From Glaucostegus cemiculus (Eukaryota), in contig CDPCPM010000278.1 in NCBI GenBank assembly GCA_976551045.1, forward strand, positions 2,728,001 through 2,792,000: a stretch of 64,000 bases of DNA, read 5' to 3'. A program made the position numbers and the translations under genes. Position 1 is the first letter of the stretch; each line of letters opens with the position of its first letter. Below the pieces are notes generated by a model that made no database searches, was not told where the DNA came from, and saw nothing but the letters and a program-made list of their open reading frames with translations. Positions 26,025-38,399 of this stretch are shown here, piece by piece.

Positions 26025-28754
26025 TTTTTTCAATCTTTTGTTATTGATAACAAATCAATACAAGTTAAGATATATAACAACAATGTTTACACATGTATTA
26101 TAAAAATATCAAATAACAATCGTAGGTAATCATAAAAAAAAGCAATAAAGTATGATATATGTAAAAGAAATAGTTACAACAATCTCTCAGTTCATAAGTG
26201 TAATTTAAAAGATAGAAAAGAAAAAGATTTGTTATATAATTAGAAAAAAAAACAAAAAAAGCCCAAATCAATAAAAAAAATCAGAATAATATAGAGTAAA
26301 TTAAACCGAAAATGAATTAAAAAGAAGAAAAAAAAAACATGGAAAAAAAAACTGGGCTAAAATTTTCAATAGAAATAGAACAATATGATGTCGTCAGCTC
26401 TGTTTCTCTGAATTTAAAAAAAAGTTATAGAAGGGGAAACTACATCATATGAAAGTATTGAATAAATGGACTCCAAATATCTTCAAATTTAAGCGAAGAA
26501 TCAACAGTACCACTCCTAATTTTTTCCAAATTAAGACATGATATAGTTTGAGAGAACCATTGAAAGGTGGTAGGGGGTATTGGATCCTTCCGTTTAAGCA
26601 GAATGGCTTGTTTGGCCATCAATGTAACAAAAGCAATCATACGATTAGCAGAAGCAGGTAAATGGCCAGACTTTATCCATAGTAATCCAAAAATTGTAGT
26701 AATAGGGTGAGGTTGTAAATCGATCTTCAATACATCTGAAATAATATTAAAAATGTCTTTCCAATATTTTTCCAAATAAGAACAGGACCAGAACATATGT
26801 GACAAAGAAGCCACATTGGAATTGCATCTGTCACATATAGGGTTTATACTGTCATAAAAACGAGCTAGCTTATCTTTGGACATATAGGCCCTGTGCACAA
26901 CTTTAAACTGTATCAATGAGTGTCTGGCACACATTGAGGATGTATTAACTAAATGAAGAATTTTCTTCCAAGTCTCTATAGATATAGATATCTGGAGTTC
27001 ACTTTCCCAATCATTTTTAATTTTGTCCAGTGAATCTGACCATATTTTGATAATTAAATCATAAATTATTGCTGTCAAGCCCTTCTGATGGGGATTAAAA
27101 CCTAAAATTTTATCAATAATATTTCGTCTTTATAAAGAAACGGAAAGGAGGGTATAGTAGCTTTTAAAAAATTTCTAATCTGCAAATGTCGAAAAAAATG
27201 TGATCTAGGTAAATTATATTTATTAGACAGCTGTTCAAAAGATGCAAAACAGTTACCAATGAATAGATCACGAAAGCATACTATTCCCTTCCTTTTCCAT
27301 AAGGAAAAAGCTGTATCTAGTCTAGATGGTTGAAAAAAAAATATTAGATTGTATAGGACTTGACAAAACAAATTTAGTCAATCCAAAGAATTTACGAAAT
27401 TGAAACCATACTCGTAATGCATGTTTAATGATTGGGTTAGTCATATATTTACTTAATTTGGTAAGTGCAAAAGGGAGTGAAGCTCCTAAAATAGAGAATA
27501 ACGAAAATTCAAGTGTTGATTGAGACTCAAGGCGTACCCATTTAGGGCATTGAATAACATTTAAGTCTTGTGTCCAAAAAATTAAATATCTGATGTTGAT
27601 TGCCCAATAATATAATCTAAAATTAGGCAAGGCCATACCACCATCCTTTTTCAATTTTTGTAAATATTTCTTACTTAGTCTTGGATTCTTGTTCTGCCAA
27701 ATATATGAAAGAATTTTAGAATCAACCTTGTCAAAAAAAGACTTTGGGATAAAAATTGGAATCACTTGAAATAAATATAAAAATTTTGGTAGGATATTCA
27801 TCTTAATTGCATTAATTCGGCCTACCAATGATAAAGACAGTGGAGACCATTTAGTAAGCGATTGTTTAACTTGGTCAAATAAAGGTAAAAAAATTAGCTT
27901 TAAATAAATCCTTATGTTTATTAGTAATTTTAATACCTAAATACATAAAATAATCAGTTACCAATCTAAAGGGTAACTGGCTATAAATTGAGGTTTTCAT
28001 ATTCAGTGGAAAAAGTTCACTCTTATTAAGATTTAGTCTATAACCAGAAAAACCACTGAATTGATCTAATAATAATAGTACTGCAGGGATCGATTCGTCT
28101 GGATTAGAAATATAAAGTAATAAGTCATCTGCATAAAGAGATACCTTATGAGTCTTCTGTCCACGAATAATCCCACGTATATTTGAAGAGTCTCGGATTG
28201 CAATAGCCAAAGGTTCTAAAGCAATATCGAATAATAAGGGGCTTAATGGACAACCTTGCCTAGTATCACGAGAGAGCCTAAAAAAATGAGATCTTTGATT
28301 ATTAGTGAATACTGAAGCCATTGGTGTATAATAAATCATTTTAATCGCAGATATAAATTTAGGGCTGAAATTAAAATTTTGAAGTGTGAATAGATAATCC
28401 CATTCAACTCTGTCAAATGCTTTTTCAGCATCTAGGGAAACAACACATTCTGGAATTTGAAATGAAGGAGTATATATAATATTCATTAATCTCCTAATAT
28501 TAAAATGATAATAACGATTCTGGATAACTCCTGTCTGATCTTCAGAAATGGTTTGTGGGAGAACTTTTTCCAGCCTAAGGGCCAATAGTTTGGAAAATAT
28601 TTAAAAATCTACATTTAATAAAGAGATAGGCCTGTACGATGCACAATCAGTGGGATCTTTATCCTTTTTAAGAATTAAAGAAATAGTTGCTTCATAAAAA
28701 GATTGTGGTAACTTGCCCACTGATAAAGCATCTTTAAAAATTTTGACTAACCAG
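26025..28754 (-). mobile_element. 5'-truncated L1-clade LINE (ORF2 RT, C-terminal CCHC zinc knuckle, A/T-rich 3' UTR, poly-A) with 12-bp TSD
   Basis: Consecutive ORFs 27875-28585 (SLDAEKAFDRVEW, RQGCPLSPLLF, SLYADD), 27322-27828 (GRINAIKMNILPKFLYLF, GGMALPNF), 27102-27371 and 26440-27078 (CDRC...HMFWSC). Direct repeat AAATTATGAATT at 26013-26024 and 28755-28766. T-run at 26025 is the poly-A tail. Confidence 0.93.
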
Positions 28755-30009
28755 AAATTATGAATTAATTTATTAAACTTTAATAATTGCTTGAGGGGAT
28801 AAAATCTTTTACATCTACCTTGAAGAGATTTTGGTTTAATGTCTCACCTGATAAGTTGTACCTCTGATGGTACGGCATTCTCTTAGAAACCTGAGAAGGA
28901 GGTTGTTGGTTTATGCTACATAGCAGGTACTGAAATACATAGCTTTAATTGATTTCACAACCTCCTCAGAGAATAGCTTGGTACCACTGAGTGCAAGGCT
29001 AACCCATAAGGCCAAATGGTCATGCTGCATGCAATAGCACTGGATTTAAGACAGCTTTAACATGCCACCTTAATGTTAAAGCTGATTTTAGGTACAAACA
29101 GTTTCTAATAAAAGTCTCCAATATTTCTTATTGACTCATAGGATTCCCAATGTGCCTGCATCATCACTAGGCTTTTTCCAGCTTTATACGCATGAATTCA
29201 GCTTTTTGGATGCAATTTACCACTATCAAGATTCACACATGGTTCAATTGTGAGTGTATCATACACTCTAAAGCTTCATTTATCATTGAAAGGAAGATAG
29301 TTAGCATCTGACTGGTCCTTTACAGCAACCATGGTTGTCTATTCAAGCACCTCCCAAGCTCCTGGACTTTGCTTTAACCCACAGTGCATAAACTTTGCTG
29401 CATTCAGCAGCTCAAATATTCATGCAGTGGAGGCCTTGGTAATCACACCTATGAGAATTTTTATTAATGGAGAAAATGACATTGTGGTGATTGGCCACTC
29501 AGTTGGTCGGGAACCTTGCCCAAACTGGCACACACATGCCCATCAAAGTATATCCTCTCCCTAGCCAGTCTTCAGTCTCCCAGCCAGTATCTAGAACTCT
29601 CTGAAGAACAAATTTTCCACTGGTTCAGATCTTTAAAGGCAGTCGAGTTAGAAAAACATGACCCTGTCAGGGAAAACCTGATGCCAGGTTCTCTTGCCAA
29701 GACTACTCTCTCCATTGAGGTTAAGTCACTCCCTCATATCTTACTACCTTTCACAAGAGCACATTCCTCAGAAATGGCAATGATAACTAGAGTGAGAGGA
29801 ATTAAATTTCATGAAGGGGGAAACAGACAGCTGCTGGGACTCAGATGCAGTCACTGGTAGAATAATATTGCACCAATGCCGTTAAACCCTCACAACTCTA
29901 CCATTTAGGTATAATCCCAAGTGCGAAGGCATCATTCAAACAAGGAATGGTATGGACTAATGTCATGAGGCTTGCATTCATTTATTATACTTTCTAGATG
30001 AGGCAGCGC

Positions 30010-30860
30010 AATGAATCAGAATCAGAATCAGTTTTATTGTCACAACCATATACACACACACACAGTATGCAAAGGAGCGAGATACCATCCTCCACAGGTG
30101 CACGTCACATTAAATATTAAACAGAAGAGACACACATACACATACTGAAAAAGAACATTAAAACCACGAAAATTAAATTAAATTCTGCAGCTTAAATAAA
30201 TAGTTTTAAAATGAGCGAACTGGCAGCGGACATTTAAAGTGCTGGTGCGTTTCTGAGCGCCTATCATCCTTTAGTGTTGGCAGGATAGATGGAGGAATGA
30301 GAGAGTTAACTGATTTGATGGCTTGCAGGAAGAAGCTATTACACAGCCTGGTCGTTCTTGCCTTGATGCATTTGAGCCTTCTTCCAGACGGCAAGAGTGT
30401 GAAGAGATGATGGGAGGGGTGAGAAGGATCCGACATTATATTTTTGGCCTTCCTAACACATCGGTCCTTGTGTATGTCAGCGATGGAGGGAAGAGAGACA
30501 CCTATGATCTTCTCCACTGCCCTTACTATCCTCTGGAGGGACTTCCGTCCTGCAGCTGAGTGGCTCCCAAACCAGACAGTGATACATTGAGTTAGGATGC
30601 TCTCAATAGTCCCTCCATAAAAAGTTTTCATTACCAAGGGATGGGAGTTCACTTTCCTCAGTCTCCGCAGGAAGTAGAGGCGTGTCTGGGCTTTCTTAGT
30701 GAGGGCCGTGGTGTTAGTGGACCAGGTCAGGTCATCAGTGATGTGCACCCCCAGGAACTTGGTGCTGCCTACTTGTTCTACAGCAGACCCGTTGATGGTC
30801 AGCGGGGCGTGCACCCGGCGACCTCTCCTGAAATCCACTATTATCTCCTTGGTTTTGCCA
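30010..30860 (-). mobile_element. Rex1/Babar-clade LINE 3' fragment
   Basis: ORF 30206-30874 KTKEIIVDFRR...[13 protein letters not shown]...LYFLRRL...TIESILT...SFF. Terminal (ATCAGA)n repeat at about 30015-30030. Confidence 0.88.
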
Positions 30861-31069
30861 GCAGATGTCACCACATTGTCAGTTACACCGAGCTGATAAC
30901 AGGTGCAATCACAAAAAATAATGATGACACTTTTAACCTGTGGCTACGTTTTAACAGAAATTGATAACCATGCTGCATGAATTTAAAGTAAGTCAATGAT
31001 CTATATTAAACACTCCAGTGGCCTTAGCATTTTCCAAACTATATGTGGGATCATAGTTTCTGGCACTAT

Positions 31070-31650
31070 GTCAAAGTCAAAGTCGAGTTTATTGTCATAT
31101 ACACAAGTACACGTATGCAGAGGTGCAGTGAAAAACTTAACTTGCAGCAGCACCACAGGCACATAGTATCATATAAGCAGCATTCACAAGAATAACATAA
31201 ATTAAACATAAATTATACACAATTATTGCAAGAAAGAAACACAATTAGAACAAAAAAAAGTCAATTTTCGTGCAAAATGATCAAAATGGTCAAAGTGTTG
31301 CTAAACTGTGGTGGTGATTAGGGGTTTGCCAGTTGGTTCAAGAACCGAATGGTCGAAGAGAAGTAGCTGCTCTTGAAACTGGTAGTGTGGGACTTCAGGC
31401 TTCTGTACCTCCTGCTTGATGGTGGCTGCAAGAAGATGGCATGGCCCAGATGGTGGGGATCTTCGATGGTGGATGTTGCCTTCTGCAGATACTACTGATA
31501 GTGGAGAGGGATGTGCCCATGATGTATTGGGCAGAGTCCACTACTCTCTGCAGCTTCTTACATTCCTGTGCATTCGAATTGCCATACCAGACCATGATGC
31601 AACCAGTCAGGATACTTTCAACAGTACATCTGTAGAAGTTTGTTGCCATA
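31070..31650 (-). mobile_element. Rex1/Babar-type LINE 3' fragment (second family)
   Basis: ORF 31395-31649 NFYRCTVESILTGCIMVWYG...LQRVVDSA. Tail TCAAAGTCAAAGTCGAGTTTATTG. Confidence 0.8.
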
Positions 31651-32079
31651 TCCCGTGTGTAGCTGCAGTGTCCCTTCTGAAAGGCTGCTCCCCATCAGTT
31701 GGAGTATGAATAGATAGCCTTAAAGATTCATGTGAAACTCTTGCCCATGAGAGATTGGGTTTAGGCTGATACCCAGTGCCAAATGAGGGAGCAGCCTGGG
31801 ATTGCTGGTTATGGGGTACAGATGAGCCCGAGAGTTCATTGTGCCAGGTGACTTGGAGCCAATTTGAGGGACTTATCAATATCCTGAACCTGCACACCAG
31901 GTGACCTGTTTGAGGACTGGGTAGATCGTGGTGTGACAGATAGCATTTAGACCACACCATTAACCATTGCTGAGCCCAAATCTAGACCCCATATTCAGGA
32001 GCTGCATAAATACAAGCTGTTGTTGTTGGAACCAAATTTAATTTTATTTATTTTATTTAGTATTTGCAAGTTTTCCAAG

Positions 32080-32570
32080 AGTCATAGAGTCATACAGCAT
32101 GGAAACAGGCCCTTCGGCCTAACTGGTCCATGCCGACCAAGATTCCCATCTAAGCTGGACCCATTTGTTCACGTTTGGCCCATAACCCTCTAAACCTTTC
32201 CTATCAATGTGCCTGTCCAAGTGCCTTTTCAAATGTTGTTAATGTACCTGCTGCAACCACTTCATCTGGCAGTTCATTCCATATACTGACCACCCTCTGG
32301 GTGAAAAAGTTGTCCTTCAGGTTTCTATTAAATCTCTCCTCTCACACCTTAAACCCATGCCCTCTAGTTCTCGATTCCCCAACCCTGGGACGAATAGTGT
32401 GCGCATTCACCCTATCTATGCCTTTCACGATTTTATACATCTCTTTAAGATCACCCCTCATTCTCCTACGGTCCAATAAAAAATGTCCCAACCTGCTCAA
32501 ACTCTCTCCATAACTCAGTTCCCCGAGTCCTCAGCCTCATAAGTCTTCTCTGCACTCTTTCCAGATAAGC
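32080..32570 (-). mobile_element. CR1 LINE 3' end
   Basis: (AGTCATAG)n tail and well-preserved CR1 3' sequence on the reverse strand. Confidence 0.85.
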
Positions 32571-34099
32571 AGTGGGATTCTGTGTGACTACATGTTGCTC
32601 TCAGTCATCGTTAAGCTCACTCAGCAAACACTCATCCACAATGTGTGTTTGGCCTGGACAACAACTGGTGGCTGACTGCAGAACAGCCTTGCCCACTGCA
32701 GATATGATTGAGGAAGGCCCGTTGACTAGATGGCAGCTGTGAATCTGGGTCTGTGACAAGGAACAAGCTAGTGGCTAACGTCTGGAATTCCCTACCATGG
32801 AGGCTGGATCATTGGAGGTGTTTAAATAGGAGATAAATAAATTTAGAAGGACCGAGGAACTGAGGGCTGTGGGGAACTGGCACAGAAAAGGAAATGTGGC
32901 CTAGGGCAGATCATCCTGATCATATTGAATAGCAGGACAGGCTGGTGACCTACTCCTGCTTTCTCGACAATTCCTTTCCTCCCACAGATGATGCTGACCC
33001 ATTGAGTTCCTCTAGCAGATTGTTTGTTCCTCTTGTTTTCTTGTGTTCTTGTGTCAGTCTTCCTGCCACATGGTCTTGTCTGATTCAATAACAACGTTCA
33101 AAAATGAAAAGTATTAATATTTAAATGAGGAATGTTTGCACGACTATGAGGGAAAGGGGCAAGAGAAACCAACTGTTGTATTAGTCTTTCAACAATCCGG
33201 CATGAACTTTGTGGGCCAAATGCCCTGCTGTATCATTCTGTGATTCTATCTGGTTTGCTTCACGAAAAGTAGAGCTGAAATTTGTCATTTGACCTGAAGG
33301 TGGTGTTAGTGCCTGTCTTTTTGACTTGCAGCCTCTGGTTATCTCAGATGGAGGTGGGCTGGAAAGAACTGTGGCATTTTGCAAAATTTCAGCAAATGAT
33401 GGCATAGAAAATAGTTTATAAATCATAATGAGAAAGCTCAGACTCTGATTCATTTAAAGGGGAACCTGAAAAAAAAAGCTCTGAACAATTTGTATTTAAA
33501 AGGGAAACAGTTCTTTTTGGGTAAGTACTTTCAAACTGAAGAACTTCCCCATTCTCTATAAAATATGCAAATTAAAAACATAGGGTAATTTTGACCTTGA
33601 CTGAGTGTAAAATGGATGGGTCAGATCCGCCTCTCATCAGGAGAAGCATGGAATAGGCAATTCATTTGAGTTCAGGGTTACCTACTTTTTCACACCAGTC
33701 CAGCCTGGAAGATTTAATTGCATTAGTTCTAGCTCAGCTGTCATGACAGCTTAGCCAAATGGAAAGTACAGAATTGAGAAAGAAATTTGACTTGAGTGGC
33801 CAGGAATAAATATTTGTGTAAGTATCGATTGTGGCTGTGCAGGCTGTTCCCAGTTTATGAATGCCCAACATATAGACATCCCTACATAAGAATGAGCTCC
33901 TATTATGTTATTAAATTCAGAAGTCTTACATACATGCATTCATTCCTACGAGCAACAGAACTAATTTCCTCTCTCCAGTTTAAGTAATTGTTTTTTTTTA
34001 TTAGTTTTATATGTTGTTGGTGCCATTCATTACAATACTGTGAAGGTGTGGTTACCATATCAAGTGATTGTTACGTATTTTCCAACTTATGGACACAGT

Positions 34100-34890
34100 T
34101 TATTCCGGTCACCTCACTACAGGAAGGATGTCAAGGCTTTAGAAAGGGTGCAGAGGAGGTTTACCAGGATGCTGCCTGGATTAGAGAGCATGTGCTATCA
34201 GGAGAGGCTGGACAAACTTAGGCTCTTTTCTCTGGAGCGGTGGAGGCTGAGGAGTGACCTGTTGGAAGTGTATAAAATCATGAGGGGCATAGATAGGGTG
34301 GACAAACAATATCTTTTTCCCATTACTGAGAGATCCAATACCGGAGGGCGTGCCTTTAAGGTGAGAGGGGGTAAGTTCAGAACAGACATGAGAGGTACGT
34401 TTTTACTGAGAGATGAGATAAGGTAAGATCTTTATTAGTCACATGTACATCGAAACACACAGTGAAATACACCTTTTGCATAGTGATTTTGGGGGGCAGC
34501 CCGCAAGTGTCGCCACACTTCCGGCGCCAACATAGCATGCCCATAACTTCCTAACCTGTACGTCTTTGGAATGTGGGAGGAAACCAGAGCACCCAGAGGA
34601 AACCCACACAGACACGGGGAGAACGTACAAACTCCTTACAGACAGTGGCTGGATTTGAACCCGGGTTGCTGGCGCTGTAAAGCATAGAATGGTGGATGCC
34701 TGGAATGCGTTGCCTGATAGGGCGGTGGAGGCAAATTCATTGGGGGCTTTTAAGAGGGACTTGGATGGGCACATGAATGAGAAGAAAATAGACGGATATG
34801 GGCATACTGTACGTAGGAGGGAATAGCTATGTCGGCACAATATTGTGGGCCAAAGGGCCTGTTCTGTGCTGTACTGTTGTATGTTCTAAT
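34100..34890 (+). mobile_element. CR1 LINE 3' fragment interrupted by a minus-strand V-SINE
   Basis: ORF 34040-34426 SPHYRKDVKALERVQRRFTRMLPGL...LFSLERWRLRSDLLEVYKIMRG. Resumes after the SINE as AGAATGGTGGATGCCTGGAATGCG. Confidence 0.88.
34412..34685 (-). mobile_element. V-SINE
   Basis: Reverse complement of the 8852-9147 family with V-domain and B box (GGATTTGAACCC). Confidence 0.88.
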
Positions 34891-35599
34891 TGACTTATGG
34901 ACGTCTGTAAAAACAGGACCCGCTTGTTACCCAGGGACGGCATGCACTCAGTTCTGTATGTTTGGATCCTTTGAGCTGACTCTGTGCAGGTGTGGATGAC
35001 TTCAGCTGTTTATCACATATGTTTCGTGCTGGAGGCCATAGACACATGCTTCCTGATAAAATGCTAATCTGTGGAGACTTATTTCCTCAATAGATTCCAC
35101 ACCTTTGTTAATGACATCCTTCTAGCCAATCACGATATATAATTTCAGCCAGAGACATGGGCTCTCCACTGTGAAATGTGTAGCTTTCAATCTGGATTTA
35201 AAGACTATTTACCTTAGCAGCTAAAGTCACAAGTGAAGTAGTCCATGAATGAACTCATTCTTCCTCAGCATGCTCTGTGTTCTTTGAAATGATCACCAAG
35301 ACACCTCCCAACCCATTCCTTTGTAAGTAAAAACCAGAAAATGCTAGAAATACTCGCCAGATCAGTTGGCATCGGTGAAAAGAGAATTAAAGTTAATGTT
35401 TGGATTTGATGACCTTTAATCAGAAATTTTGAATTTTGGTCCATTTTTCCACTTTCCTGTGCTGCTGTACTTTGTTCTCTCCCCGACTTTCAGGAGAGGC
35501 ACATTTACCATTTTGCATAGATCCACATTCAGGCCATTGTTTTCCTTATTGATTGGCATAATTCACATATACATTTGCATGTCTACACTGACCACACTT

Positions 35600-36340
35600 C
35601 TCCACTATTTCTCCTGACCCCTCAACTGTCTCTTCCTTGACTGGCATCCAGTCATTGAGGAACTGCAGTCTCTTCTTTACTGAACATAAGGAAGGCCAAG
35701 GTCCTTTTTACGAACTCTGTACCCTTTCCATTGATGTCACCCCTTTCTGTCCATTTTTTTAGCCAGTTGTCACAGGCTGTATGAGATTCTTTGCATTTTT
35801 AGTGTCCTGTTTGACCCCATGCTGACCTGGCCAAATATCCCTTCCATTACTGAGCTTGCTTTCTTCCACTTCCATAACAATACCCACATCCAGCCATACT
35901 CCATTGTCTTGAGGCTAAAACCCTCACTTGTGGTCTTATTATCTTTAGACCAGACTATTACCATGGTGTCCTGGTCAGCCTACAATCCTTCATCTAAAAC
36001 TCTGCTGCCTGTTGTCTGTATATCCCACTTGCCCTGCTTTTACAGAACCCTGCTGGATTTCAGACCCTATCATCTTTCAAATTCTTATCCTCATGCTCAG
36101 GTTAAGTCCCTTCATTGTCCACCCCTGTGGCCACAACCAGATGCAAACTCTTTATTTCTCCACAGGGGACTTGCCAAATATTCCCAGCATTTTCATTTCA
36201 TATTTCAGTTGCAACTTCTCCATATTCATTACTCCTCTGACTCTGACACCTTTGCAAGTCTTCTCTCCACCCCTGCAGCCTTGCTGAACAGTGCCTCAGA
36301 CCAACAGTCCAGAGTATCCCCTGCTGCTACTTTTCTCCCA
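35600..36340 (+). mobile_element. Old L2-type LINE 3' remnant
   Basis: Pyrimidine-rich text resembling the L2 ORF2 end (GVLFDPML; TCTTTAGACCAGACTATT as a decayed SRLDY). Heavily mutated. Confidence 0.45.
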
Positions 36341-37249
36341 TAAAGGCTCTCTGTAAGTGAGGAATAAATAAAGAAAAAAGATGGTGGAAAGAAACAGACA
36401 AGTGGGCAAGTGCTTTTGACTGTATCTTTGTGGTTGATAGGAGAATTTTCCTCAGCCATGCATTCTAAAGGTGAAAATTTCATAGCCCCAGTGTACAATA
36501 AAATGATAGAAGCCCGAGGTGAAGAAACTTGTGGCATTGCAGCACAAAACTTGTGGCAAAAATGTTAGCATTGCAGTTTCATTCTAACTTTGCTAAGAAA
36601 ATATTATGTCTGAAAAGTTAATGCCTTTCTTGTTAACCACTCCCTGCCCCGCCAATGCTGACTCATTTGCTGAGGCTTCAAGCATTTTCTTTTCTTCTTT
36701 TGGATTTTCAGCATCCATGGTGGTTTTAGTCAGGCAATGTCAGCAGCTCTGGTAAAGGGGTCTAGTCATGCTCTTGAACGTCTCCTCCTTGTCATAACTT
36801 AAGCTCAGATACTGCCAATATGGACATTCCTGACTTCAGCACTGCATTTAGGGTTGGGTTGTACTTACAACTAAAACCATAATTCACACTTGTGCAATTA
36901 TCTGTTTTCCCACGCAGCTAAGTATACCCTTCTCTGTAATTACTTCCCACTGACAGATGAAAGCAAAATGGTGTCTTGTCTTTATATGGACCACAACTCT
37001 GTGAAATAAAGCTCAGCTGGCCACGTATAAGCCATTCCAGTGCAAAGCACAGCTCTTGGAAAGTTCCAAACAAAAGACACATCTAAAATATTCTTTTTGA
37101 GCATCTTGCATTTCTTTTGTCATTTTATCTGTAATCTCATTCAATGAATCTTTCAGTCATTTAGAAGAAAGAGAGATGCTAACATCTTTCAGGATCTCCT
37201 GACAAGCCAGAGAATATTACAGCCAATATGTACCTTTTGGAGCATTGCA

Positions 37250-37560
37250 ACTCTTGCAAAATAGGAAACACTGCAGACAATATGTGCACAGCAAACTCCT
37301 ACCAGCCACAACAGCCAGATAATTTAATTGTATGATGTTGACTGAGGGATAAATATTGGGCAAAGTACCACAGATAACATTCATTCTCTTCTTCTCACCC
37401 ACCTGAGTGAGCAGGTAGGGTCTCCATTTTGCATCTTATCCAAAGACAGCACCAACAACAGTGCAGCACTGCCCTGAAGTGTCTGCCTAAGGTTTTGTGT
37501 TCAAGTTTCTGGAGAAGGTCTCGAACTCAGAACCTTCTAATTTAGACCAGCTGGGCCACA
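37250..37560 (-). mobile_element. Deu-domain SINE (SacSINE1/AmnSINE1-related)
   Basis: Reverse of the Deu core: GATGTTGACTGAGGGATAAATATTGG...CCACCTGAG...ATCTTATCCAAAGACAGCACC...AGTGCAGCACT, then a B-box-like TCGAACTC. Related pieces at about 28810-28990, 44170-44360, 46370-46620, 50420-50555 and 62810-63045. Confidence 0.65.
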
Positions 37561-38167
37561 GATGATACTAAATACTGTAATTTCTTTGACATTTTTAAAT
37601 ATCAGAACTTATAAATTATATTGCAGTATTGATCCAAAAATGCAAATTTTTATATTACAGCTATAATGGAGATTACCTGTATAAACCTATCATCCCACTG
37701 TTACCCTCTCTACCTGTGCTGTGGCTGTGACTCTGCACCTTTACAGGTGTACCTCTACTTCCCTGCAGGCCAGAGAATACTTGATAGTATAAGAGAGCTC
37801 TCCCCATGCAAACAAAATTTGTGACGGTTCTGAATGGCTGCTGCAGAAGCATTCACTGCTATCCAAAGCCAAACACTGTCAACAGCTTACAGTGGAATAG
37901 CCCTACCAAACATCTGGAGAACTATAGCCAGCCAAGGGGAAAGGAAACAGAAAATAGAGGATGCCAGATACTCTCTATGTGGTCACATGGCTGTGGAAAA
38001 AATGTAGTTTATAAGAGATTCTTCATAAAAACCAGCATTACTTTTGTTACAACTAACAAGATGCTGTAGCAGGCATAACTGGTGGGTCCTGATATAAGTA
38101 TTAGGACAACTGAGCAGCTTCTGGTGGGGGCAGAGGTGAAATGGAGCATCTAGAAGGCCCTAAATGA

Positions 38168-38365
38168 GAATGTGCTGGGGGCAGCCCACAAGTGTTACCA
38201 CTCTTCCGGTACCAACAGAGCATGTCCACAGTTCCTAACCTGTACGTCTTTGGAATGTGGGAGGAAACCGGAGCATCCGGAGGAAACCCACGCAGACACG
38301 GGGAGAACGTACAAACTCCTTACAGACAGTAGCTGGAATTGAACCTGGGTCACTGGTGCTGTAAT
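38168..38365 (-). mobile_element. V-SINE, truncated
   Basis: V-domain GTGGGAGGAAACCGGAGCATCCGGAGGAAACCCAC and B box on the reverse strand. Confidence 0.85.
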
Positions 38366-38399
38366 AGCCCATTCTTGTGAGGATTCCTGCATCTGCTGA

